Positions 32,229 to 44,252 of a stretch of DNA of 64,000 nt are shown one piece after another. A program made the translations under genes and the position numbers. Each line of letters starts with the position of its first letter. Position 1 is the stretch's first letter. This DNA comes from Pseudomonadota bacterium. Its GTDB lineage: Bacteria; Pseudomonadota; Gammaproteobacteria; Burkholderiales; Thiobacillaceae. The notes beneath the pieces are model-generated. The model did not search any database, had not been told where the DNA came from, and saw only the letters and a list, made by a program, of their open reading frames with translations. Location of the stretch: contig JAJYXG010000072.1 of NCBI GenBank assembly GCA_021791095.1, positions 2,992-66,991 on the forward strand, written 5' to 3'.

Positions 32229-33518
32229 ATGCGACTCACGCTATCCGTATTTCTGCTCGCGCTGCCGTTGGCGGCGTGGGCGCAAACCCCGCTCACCGGC
32301 CCGGGACCAAGTTCGCCGCGCGCCAGCGAACCGGCTGCCCCGCTTACCCTGAATGCGGCCCTGGAACTGGCGCTTGGCGCCAACCCTGATCTGTCAGCGG
32401 CGAGCCGTGAGTTGGAGGCGCTCGACGCCACCATCACCCAGGCACAAGCCCGGCCCAATCCGGAACTTTCGGCCTTGATCGAGGACACTCGCCGGGAGAC
32501 GCGGACCACGACGCTGCAGTTGAACCAGCCGATCGAGCTGGGCGGCAAGCGTGCGGCGAGGATCGAAGCCGCCGAGCGCGGCCGCGATGCAGCATCCCTT
32601 GAACTGGAAGCCAAGCGAGCCGAGATTCGTGCGGCGGTGACAGCGGTGTTCTTCGACGTGCTGGTCGCGCAGGAACGTCTGCGGCTTGCCCAGGCGTCGG
32701 TCGAACTTGCGCAACGCGCGACCGGTGCCGCCTCGCGGCGAGTCACAGCTGGAAAAGTGTCCCCGGTTGAAGAGACCAGGGCACGCGTGGCCGAGGCTGC
32801 CGTGCGGGTTGAGCGGGCGCAGGCAGCAAGCGAGGTCACGACCGCACGCCGCCGACTGACTGCCACCTGGGGCAATCCTTCACCGCATTTCGAACGCGCC
32901 GAAGGCGTGCCCGAAGCCCTGCCGCCGCTCCCCGCCATGGCAGACCTGAACGCGCGCCTCGCCGCTTCACCCAACTTGCTGCGGGCCAGGATCGAGGTCG
33001 ATCGTCGGCAATCGCTGGTGGAAGTTGAACGAAGCCGGAGCGTCCCGGACATGACCGTCAGTCTGGGAGGCAAACGCATCGAAGAACTGGGTATCAACCA
33101 GGCGATCCTCGGCGTTTCGATTCCGATCCCGATCTTTGATCGCAATCAAGGGAACCTGCTTGAAGCGCTTCACAGGACCGACAAGGCGCGCGACGAACTG
33201 GCCGCCGCCGGAACCCGTCTGTCCAATGAGCTGGCGCTTGCGCACGAACGCCTGAATGTGGCGCGCCAGGAGGTGGAGTCGCTACAGCGGGACATTCTGC
33301 CGGGAGCGCAGAGTGCCTACGACGCCGCAACCAAGGGTTTTGAGCTTGGCAAATTCAGCTTCCTCGACGTGCTGGACGCCCAGCGAACTTCATTCCAGGC
33401 CAAATCCCAATATCTGCGCGCCCTGGCCGAGGCGCATCGATCCGCCGCCGAAATCGATCGCATTCTCGGCGCGGCATCGACCCAATCGACCCTGGCGCCA
33501 GCCGCCACTCAGCAGTAG
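32229..33518 (+). CDS. czcC: CzcC outer-membrane factor
   Basis: PNPEL, IELGGKR, PIFDRNQG, GKFSFLDVLDAQRT. Confidence 0.9.
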   Translation: MRLTLSVFLLALPLAAWAQTPLTGPGPSSPRASEPAAPLTLNAALELALGANPDLSAASRELEALDATITQAQARPNPELSALIEDTRRETRTTTLQLNQPIELGGKRAARIEAAERGRDAASLELEAKRAEIRAAVTAVFFDVLVAQERLRLAQASVELAQRATGAASRRVTAGKVSPVEETRARVAEAAVRVERAQAASEVTTARRRLTATWGNPSPHFERAEGVPEALPPLPAMADLNARLAASPNLLRARIEVDRRQSLVEVERSRSVPDMTVSLGGKRIEELGINQAILGVSIPIPIFDRNQGNLLEALHRTDKARDELAAAGTRLSNELALAHERLNVARQEVESLQRDILPGAQSAYDAATKGFELGKFSFLDVLDAQRTSFQAKSQYLRALAEAHRSAAEIDRILGAASTQSTLAPAATQQ

Positions 33519-33526
33519 GAGCCCAC

Positions 33527-35056
33527 ATGAAACTCAATCTGAACAAGAAACAGACTCTATCCATTGCCGCTGTCCTGGGGATCGGCGTCGTGCTGGCCGG
33601 ACTGATCCTCGGCACGGGCAAGCCGCAGTCCGCTGGCGACGAGCACGGGCAAGACAGCCATGCCGAAGCGCCGGATCACGCCGACGAAGAACCGCACGCA
33701 GCAGAAGCCGGCCCGGCCAAGGGGCCGCACGGCGGCAAGCTGTTCAACGATAAAGGCTACGGGCTGGAGGTGACCATTTTCGAACAGGGCGTGCCGCCGG
33801 AATTTCGCGTCTATCTCTACCGCGACGGCAATCCGGTCGATCCGTCGTCAAGCCAGGTTGCCATCACGTTGCATCGTCTCGGGCGCGAACCGCAGGTCAT
33901 CCGGTTTGCCAAGGTAGGCGATTACCTCAGGGGCGACGCCGAAGTGGTCGAGCCGCATTCGTTCAAGGTGGAGATCGCCGCGCAGTCCGGCGGCAAGGCG
34001 TACCGCTTTGGCTACGACCAGGTTGAAGCGCGGGTGAGCCTGAGCGATGCGCAGCTCAAGCAAAACGGCGTGAGTCTGCTGACTGCGGGCCCGGCGCGGA
34101 TCAATGCTGCGCTGCAACTGATCGGCGAGATTCGCCTGAACGAAGACCGCATGGTGCATGTGGTGCCGTTGCTGACCGGGGTGGTGGCGGCTTCACCGGC
34201 CAATGCCGGCGACCGGGTGAAAAAAGGTCAACTGCTGGCGGTGATTTCCAGCCAGGCGCTGGCCGACCAGCGCAGCGAACTGCTGGCGGCGCAAAAACGC
34301 CTGGCGCTGACGCGCACGACGTTTGAGCGGGAGAAGCAGCTGTGGGAAGAAAAAATCTCCGCCGAGCAGGATTACCTGCAAGCGAAGCATGCCATGCAGG
34401 AAGCCGACATCGCCGTGCAGAACGCGCGCCAGAAACTGGCGTCGCTGGGTGGCGCGGGACAACCGGGCAGCGCGCTGACACGCTATGAAATCCGCGCACC
34501 GATCGACGGCGTGGTGGTCGAAAAGCACCTCTCGCTGGGCGAAGCCGTGCAGGGCGACGCGAAGATTTTCGTCATCGCCGATTTGTCCACGGTGTGGGTG
34601 GACATGACGGTTGCGGCCAAGGACATCGGCGCAGTCAGACCTGGCCAGAAAGCGGACATCCAGGCCACCGCGTTTGCCGCGCAGGGCAGCGGCACGATTT
34701 CCTATGTTGGCGCGCTGGTCGGCGAAGCGACGCGCGCGGCCACCGCGCGGGTGGTGTTGCCCAACCCCGCCGGGGTCTGGCGACCTGGCTTGCAGGTCAA
34801 GGTGCAGCTGGTCACCGGCTCGGTCGAGGTGCCGGTCGCGGTGTCCGCCGAAGCGATTCAGACCGTGCGCGACTGGACGGTGGTGTTCGGACGTTACGGC
34901 AACGATCTGGAAGCGCGCCCGCTGGAACTCGGGCGCAGCGACGGCAAGTTCATCGAGGTCGTCAGTGGGCTAAATGCGGGCGAAGTGTATGCCGCGACGA
35001 ACAGCTTTCTGATCAAGGCCGATCTGGAAAAATCCGGCGCGAGCCACGACCACTAG
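33527..35056 (+). CDS. czcB: CzcB membrane fusion protein
   Basis: GPHGG, EPHSF, IADLSTVW, WRPG, KSGASHDH end. Confidence 0.9.
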   Translation: MKLNLNKKQTLSIAAVLGIGVVLAGLILGTGKPQSAGDEHGQDSHAEAPDHADEEPHAAEAGPAKGPHGGKLFNDKGYGLEVTIFEQGVPPEFRVYLYRDGNPVDPSSSQVAITLHRLGREPQVIRFAKVGDYLRGDAEVVEPHSFKVEIAAQSGGKAYRFGYDQVEARVSLSDAQLKQNGVSLLTAGPARINAALQLIGEIRLNEDRMVHVVPLLTGVVAASPANAGDRVKKGQLLAVISSQALADQRSELLAAQKRLALTRTTFEREKQLWEEKISAEQDYLQAKHAMQEADIAVQNARQKLASLGGAGQPGSALTRYEIRAPIDGVVVEKHLSLGEAVQGDAKIFVIADLSTVWVDMTVAAKDIGAVRPGQKADIQATAFAAQGSGTISYVGALVGEATRAATARVVLPNPAGVWRPGLQVKVQLVTGSVEVPVAVSAEAIQTVRDWTVVFGRYGNDLEARPLELGRSDGKFIEVVSGLNAGEVYAATNSFLIKADLEKSGASHDH

Positions 35057-35065
35057 GAGACCCCG

Positions 35066-38598
<3,533 letters not shown>

Positions 38599-38663
38599 CC
38601 GGAACGCCCTGGCCGACAGGCTGGGGGGTCTCGTCTAATCAATCAACTGCAAAGGAGTAAATC

Positions 38664-38943
38664 ATGGGATTCCTTGAAGGCATGCTCGGTAATTTGATAG
38701 GCGGAAAATTCGGCGGCTACCGGGGTGGCCATCACGGCGGCTCCAGGCATGGCGGCTATGGGGCTATCTGCAAGACAGCAGCCTGGAAATCACCTGCCCC
38801 AAGTGCGGCAGCGCCAATACGAACGGCACGCGCTTTTGCCGGAAATGCGGCGTTCCCTGTCGCCCGCCAAATGTTCCGGTTGCGGCGCGGAACTGACGGC
38901 GGGCGCACTGTTTTGCGGCCAATGCGGCAAACCCCGGCAGTAG
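38664..38943 (+). pseudogene. Gly/His-rich double zinc-ribbon protein with two frameshifts
   Basis: AGGAG RBS; three successive frames join as MGFLEG..GGHHGG..GYG / GYLQDSSLEITCPKCG..FCRKCG / SLSPAKCSGCG..FCGQCGKPRQ*. Confidence 0.75.
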
Positions 38944-38962
38944 CACAACGCATTTTCCAGGC

Positions 38963-39934
38963 ATGATTCGCATCTTCAGGCCGACGCTGGAAAAGCATCA
39001 GGTCGCCATTTATTTCATGGCGGTGTTTGCCGGCCTGCTGGCAGCCGCCGTCGCGGGGCCCTCCGCTGCCGCCCTGGAAGCCTGGATCAATCCGGCGCTG
39101 GCAGCGCTTTTGTATGTCACCTTCCTGCAAGTGCCGATGGCTGCCCTCGGGCAGGCGCTGTCGCACGGGCGCTTCCTCTCGGCGCTGCTGATCGTCAACT
39201 TCGTTGCGGTTCCGCTGGTGGTACTCGGGCTGATCCAGTTCCTTCCTGCCCATCCGGCCCTTCACTTCGCCGTGCTGCTGGTATTGCTGGCGCCCTGTAT
39301 CGATTACGTCGTCGTATTTACGCACCTGGGGCGGGGAGACGCGAAGCTCATCCTCGCGACAACGCCGATTTTGCTCATCGCGCAAATAGTGCTGCTGCCC
39401 GTTTATATCGGGCTGTTTCTCGGACCCGGGGCGGCGGATCTGGTGCAGGCAAGCCCCTTCCTGCACGCGTTCTTCTGGCTGATTGCCCTCCCCCTTGTGC
39501 TCGCCGGGGCAACCCTGTACTGGGTCGCCCGCCGCGCGTCGGGCAGGCGGGTCGAGGGGGCGATGGGATGGCTGCCGGTCCCGCTGATGGCGCTGGTGCT
39601 GGCGCTGGTATTCGCGGCCGTCGCGCCGCGCATCGGCGCCGCCTCGGCCGATGTTGCCCGGACGGTGCCGATTTATGCGGCATTCGCGATCGCCATGCCG
39701 CTCGTGGCCTATGCGGTGGGCAAACTTCTTCGACTCGATGTCGGCGCGGGGCGCGCCCTGGCCTTCAGCGCGGGCACCCGCAATTCCCTGGTGGTCTTGC
39801 CGCTGGCATTCGCCGTCCCCGGTGGCGGCGCCCTCATCCCGGCGGTGGTGGTGACGCAAACCCTGGTCGAACTCGTCAGCGAGCTCGTCTATGTGCGCTG
39901 GATACCGCGTTTGATTAAAACGACGGAGGAATAA
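38963..39934 (+). CDS. Acr3/bile acid:Na+ symporter-family transporter
   Basis: LYVTFLQVP, NFVAVP, LAPCIDYVVVFT, TRNSLVVLPLA, QTLVEL. Confidence 0.8.
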   Translation: MIRIFRPTLEKHQVAIYFMAVFAGLLAAAVAGPSAAALEAWINPALAALLYVTFLQVPMAALGQALSHGRFLSALLIVNFVAVPLVVLGLIQFLPAHPALHFAVLLVLLAPCIDYVVVFTHLGRGDAKLILATTPILLIAQIVLLPVYIGLFLGPGAADLVQASPFLHAFFWLIALPLVLAGATLYWVARRASGRRVEGAMGWLPVPLMALVLALVFAAVAPRIGAASADVARTVPIYAAFAIAMPLVAYAVGKLLRLDVGAGRALAFSAGTRNSLVVLPLAFAVPGGGALIPAVVVTQTLVELVSELVYVRWIPRLIKTTEE

Positions 39935-39938
39935 CCGC

Positions 39939-42260
39939 ATGGCCGAAAAACTCAAACTGGACTTGTCCCTGGTCCTGCCGGAAATCCCCGACGAGCGCGA
40001 CGCCTGCGTCGGGCGGCTGACCGATCTGCTGCAGGCCGAAGGGCTGGAAAAGGTCCACCTCATCCGCGAGGACGGCAGCGCCCGCCTCTGCCTGCATTAC
40101 GATCCGCAGCGCTTCAGCGTGAGCCGGGTGCGCGAGCTGGCACAGGCGGCCGGGGCAAAAATCGGCAACCGCTATCGTCACGAGAGCCTGCGCATCGACG
40201 GCATGGACTGCGGCACCTGTGCCACCGTGATCGAGCATGCCCTGCAACGCACCGACGGAGTGCTGGAAGCCTCGGTAAGCTACGCCGCTGAGCGCCTGCG
40301 CCTGGAATTCGACAGCGAGAAAATCAAGCGACCGGCGATTGTTAAGCGCATCCGTGCGCTCGGTTATGCCGTGCTGGAGGAAGGCCGTGAGGCCGGATGG
40401 TTCGCCGAGCATCGCGAGCTTATTCTGAGCGGCGTTTCCGGCCTGCTGTTGCTGACAGGCTGGCTCGCTGGGCTCGCCGACGCGCCACGCGCACTCTCGC
40501 TCGGTCTGCTGCTGGGCGCCTACGCGGCGGGCGGTTTCTACACCCTGCGCGACGCCTGGCAGAGCTTGAAAAACCGCCGCTTCGACATCGACAGCCTGAT
40601 GATCGTCGCTGCGGCGGGCGCTGCGGCGTTGGGCGCCTGGGAGGAAGGCGCGCTGCTGCTGTTCCTGTTCAGCCTGGGGCATGCGCTGGAGCACTTGGCC
40701 ATGGATCGGGCGCGCAAGGCGATCGAGGCGCTGGCCGACCTCGCCCCCAAAACCGCGCTGGTGCAACGGGATGGCGCGGAGATCGAGGTGCGTGCGGAAG
40801 AATTGCTGCGCGGCGACCGGGTGGTGGTCAAGCCCGGCCAGCGCATCCCCGCCGACGGCCAGATCGCCTCTGGCGCCTCGGCGGTGGATCAGTCGCCCAT
40901 CACCGGCGAATCCATGCCGGTGGACAAGCAACCGGGCGACAAGGTATTCGCCGGCACGGTCAACGGCGAGGGCGCACTGCTGGTCGAGGTTACCCGCCTC
41001 GCGCGGGAAAGCACGCTCTCGCGCATGGTGGAAATGGTGGCCGAGGCGCAGATGCAGAAGTCCCCCACCCAACGCTTCACCGACCGTTTCGAGCGGATCT
41101 TCGTGCCTGCGGTACTAATCGGCGCCGCACTACTCATCGTGCTGCCGCCGCTGTTCGGCTTTCCCTTCGCCGAATCCTTCTACCGTGCCATGGCGGTGCT
41201 GGTGGCGGCCTCCCCCTGCGCACTGGCCATCGCCACGCCTTCGGCGGTGCTGTCCGGCATCGCGCGCGCCGCGCGCGGCGGCGTGCTGATCAAGGGCGGC
41301 GCGCACCTGGAAAATCTCGGCGTGCTCACGGCCATCGCCTTCGACAAGACCGGCACCCTGACCGTCGGCAAGCCGAAGGTGACCGACGTCGTCGCCGTCA
41401 GCGGCGACGAGGCCCGCCTGCTAATCGTGGCCGCCGCCGTGGAAAGCCGCAGCGCGCATCCGCTGGCGCAGGCGGTAGTGGCGGAGGCGAAGCAGCGTGG
41501 TTTAAGTTGGGGTGAAGCCGGTGAGGTTGAAGCCGTGACCGGGAAAGGATTGCGCGCCGAGTTCGATGGAAAAAAAGTTGCCATCGGCAACGCCAAGTTA
41601 TTTGACGGCGAAACCATTCCCGACGCGATTCAGCAGCACGCAGAGCGCCTGCAGACGGAAGGCAAAACCATCATGCTGATTCAGGCGGACGGGCAGTTCC
41701 TCGGCGTCGTGGCCCTGGCCGACACCCCGCGCGAGGGGGTCAAGCAGGTGCTGGAACGCCTGCACCGCACCGGCATCCGCAAGACCATCATGCTCACCGG
41801 CGACAACGAACGCGTGGGCCGGGCCATCGCCGACGCGGTGGGCCTCGACGAAGTGAAGGCGGGCCTGTTGCCGGAAGACAAGGTCAAAGCCATGGAGGAA
41901 CTCGGGCAACGCTACGGCCAAGTCGCGATGGTTGGCGACGGCGTCAACGACGCCCCGGCCATGGCGCGCGCCACAGTCGGCATCGCCATGGGCGGTGCCG
42001 GTACCGACGTGGCCTTGGAAGCCGCCGACGTGGCGCTGATGGCCGACGATCTCTCCAAGCTGCCGTTCGCCGTGGCCTTGAGCCGCGCATCACGACGCAT
42101 CATTCAGCAGAACCTGTGGGTTTCGCTTGGCGTGGTGACTTTGCTGATCCCCGCCACTTTGCTTGGCTGGGCAGGGATCGGCGTGGCGGTGCTGATCCAC
42201 GAAGGATCGACCGTGGTTGTAGTGGTGAACGCCTTGCGTTTGCTGGCCTATCGTGGATGA
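39939..42260 (+). CDS. P1B-4-type (CzcP-like) Zn/Cd/Co ATPase
   Basis: GMDCGTC HMA, SPCALAIATP, DKTGT, HEGST in the last TM. Confidence 0.88.
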   Translation: MAEKLKLDLSLVLPEIPDERDACVGRLTDLLQAEGLEKVHLIREDGSARLCLHYDPQRFSVSRVRELAQAAGAKIGNRYRHESLRIDGMDCGTCATVIEHALQRTDGVLEASVSYAAERLRLEFDSEKIKRPAIVKRIRALGYAVLEEGREAGWFAEHRELILSGVSGLLLLTGWLAGLADAPRALSLGLLLGAYAAGGFYTLRDAWQSLKNRRFDIDSLMIVAAAGAAALGAWEEGALLLFLFSLGHALEHLAMDRARKAIEALADLAPKTALVQRDGAEIEVRAEELLRGDRVVVKPGQRIPADGQIASGASAVDQSPITGESMPVDKQPGDKVFAGTVNGEGALLVEVTRLARESTLSRMVEMVAEAQMQKSPTQRFTDRFERIFVPAVLIGAALLIVLPPLFGFPFAESFYRAMAVLVAASPCALAIATPSAVLSGIARAARGGVLIKGGAHLENLGVLTAIAFDKTGTLTVGKPKVTDVVAVSGDEARLLIVAAAVESRSAHPLAQAVVAEAKQRGLSWGEAGEVEAVTGKGLRAEFDGKKVAIGNAKLFDGETIPDAIQQHAERLQTEGKTIMLIQADGQFLGVVALADTPREGVKQVLERLHRTGIRKTIMLTGDNERVGRAIADAVGLDEVKAGLLPEDKVKAMEELGQRYGQVAMVGDGVNDAPAMARATVGIAMGGAGTDVALEAADVALMADDLSKLPFAVALSRASRRIIQQNLWVSLGVVTLLIPATLLGWAGIGVAVLIHEGSTVVVVVNALRLLAYRG

Positions 42261-42261
42261 A

Positions 42262-43311
42262 ATGAGCAATGCACGTTCGGCCATCTGGCCAGCCCTGGGC
42301 GCTGCCGCGCTGTTCGGCGCCAGCACGCCGCTGGTCAAGCTGCTGGTGGGCGAATTGCCGTTCCTGCTGCTGGCCGGGCTGCTTTATACGGGCAGTGGAC
42401 TGGGGCTGGCTGTGATCCGCCTGCTGCGGGATCGCGGCTGGAAACCGAGCGGGCTCGCGCCGGGCGAATGGCGCTGGCTCGGCGGCGCCATCGTCTTCGG
42501 CGGTGTGCTGGGGCCGACCCTGCTGGTGCTCGGGCTCAGCCATACCGATGCGGGTGCCGCCTCCCTCATGCTCAACCTGGAAGCGGTCTTCACGGCCGTG
42601 CTGGCCTGGGTGATCTTCAAGGAAAACGCCGACAGCCGCATCGTGCTCGGCATGCTGCTCATCGTCGCGGGCGGCGCGGTGCTCGCCTGGCCCGCCGCCG
42701 GCAGCGCGTCCCCGAACGGGATCGGTCCCCTGGCCATCGCCGCCGCCTGCGTGTGCTGGGCCATCGACAACAACCTGACGCGCCGGGTTTCCGGCTCGGA
42801 TGCCCTGTTTATCGCCGGGGCAAAGGGGTGGACGGCAGGCGTCGTCAACACCAGCCTCGCCTTGTTATTGGGCGCATCCTTGCCCGCCTGGTCCACCGCG
42901 GGCGCAGCCATGGCCGTGGGCCTGCTGGGCTATGGCCTGAGCCTGGTTCTCTTTGTGCAGGCGCTGCGGAATTTGGGCACGGCCCGCACCGGCGCTTATT
43001 TCTCCACGGCACCCTTCATCGGTGCCGCCATCGCCATCCTGCTGTTGGGCGAACCGACGCCTGCGCCGTTCTGGGTCGCCGCCTGCCTGATGGGGATTGG
43101 GGTCTGGCTGCATCTGACCGAGCGTCACGAGCATGTACACACGCATGAGCCGCTCGAACACACCCATCCGCACGTTCACGACGCGCATCACCAGCACGAG
43201 CACGATTTCGACTGGGATGGCACCGAGCCGCACAGCCATCAGCACAGGCATGCGGCCATAACCCACAAACATCCCCATTTTCCGGACACCCATCACCGCC
43301 ATGGGCATTGA
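42262..43311 (+). CDS. EamA/DMT transporter with His-rich C-terminus
   Basis: LFGASTP, WAIDNNLTR, GTARTGAYFSTAPF; tail HEHVHTHEPLEHTHPHVHDAHHQH..HFPDTHHRHGH. Confidence 0.88.
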   Translation: MSNARSAIWPALGAAALFGASTPLVKLLVGELPFLLLAGLLYTGSGLGLAVIRLLRDRGWKPSGLAPGEWRWLGGAIVFGGVLGPTLLVLGLSHTDAGAASLMLNLEAVFTAVLAWVIFKENADSRIVLGMLLIVAGGAVLAWPAAGSASPNGIGPLAIAAACVCWAIDNNLTRRVSGSDALFIAGAKGWTAGVVNTSLALLLGASLPAWSTAGAAMAVGLLGYGLSLVLFVQALRNLGTARTGAYFSTAPFIGAAIAILLLGEPTPAPFWVAACLMGIGVWLHLTERHEHVHTHEPLEHTHPHVHDAHHQHEHDFDWDGTEPHSHQHRHAAITHKHPHFPDTHHRHGH

Positions 43312-43388
43312 GCCCGAACCATTGCCAGCGCATTGCATTGGAATATTCCGACCCACAACAGCGCCTGTTGACCTCGTATAACAGCGAC

Positions 43389-43673
43389 TCAAACGAACGT
43401 CACGACTACGAGCCAGCCCGCAGCAATGACAGTAGTGAGAAAGTTTCGATCTGGTGCACGCCAAAGTGCGGCGAACAGGAAAAGATTGTAGGGCATCGGT
43501 GCCAAGTGCAAGGCAACAGCAAACCCAGCATGAGCACCTTGGATGATTGCGGCCAAGGCCAGGATGGTTGCAATAAGATTGACCAAAGTGCCGACACCAA
43601 GCATGTCTCGCCAGAGCAGCACTGCCAAGGGGACCCGGCCATACCACCGGCGCGAAAAGTACTGGCCAAGCAT
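43389..43673 (-). CDS. Small hypothetical membrane protein
   Basis: Hydrophobic 94-aa ORF with AGGA RBS (LWRDML.VGT..N..P.PYN). Confidence 0.55.
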   Translation of the reverse strand: MLGQYFSRRWYGRVPLAVLLWRDMLGVGTLVNLIATILALAAIIQGAHAGFAVALHLAPMPYNLFLFAALWRAPDRNFLTTVIAAGWLVVVTFV

Positions 43674-43910
43674 CTAGTATTCCTGCTCTGGCTCGCTCAG
43701 AGTTCGGGAGATGCAGACCCGTTCGACGCGACGATTGGATATTTCCAGGACATCGAAGCGGAAATCGCCAGCGATCTTCGGACCAGCGTCGCCTTTAGCC
43801 GAGGAACGGTCATCCGTCGCTGCCACTCTGGCAGCCTGCTATTGGCCGCGGCCATTCGAGCCTGCGCACCTGTCAGGCGCGCGAGTCCGTGAACGAATCA
43901 ATCGTGCGGA

Positions 43911-44243
43911 TCAGGCAGCGACGACTTCGACCATCGACAGGTCAAGCCAGACGCGGCCCGCTTCGACCTTGATGGGAAATTCGCGCGCACAGCCGTGATC
44001 CGGCGCCACCGCGCAGCCGGAGTCGAGCTCGATGTTCCAGTTGTGCATCGGACAGGTCACCTTCCTGCCGTGCACGATACCCTGCGACAGCGGTCCCCCC
44101 TTGTGCGGGCAGCGGTCCTCCAGCGCGAGCACTTCATCGTCGGCGGTGCGGAACACGGCGATATCGAGCGTGCCGTGGCGCACCACGCGGGCGCCGAGTT
44201 TGGGGATGTCGTTCACATCCAGGATGTCGGTCCATTGGTTCAT
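43911..44243 (-). CDS. nirD: Nitrite reductase small (Rieske-like) subunit
   Basis: DRCPHKGGPLSQGIV..CPMHNW. Confidence 0.95.
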   Translation of the reverse strand: MNQWTDILDVNDIPKLGARVVRHGTLDIAVFRTADDEVLALEDRCPHKGGPLSQGIVHGRKVTCPMHNWNIELDSGCAVAPDHGCAREFPIKVEAGRVWLDLSMVEVVAA

Positions 44244-44252
44244 GTCGGCTCC

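Noticed and set aside
43308-43892. 194-aa + strand ORF
   Set aside because: It overlaps the more plausible - strand membrane ORF and junction DNA, and its composition is not protein-like.
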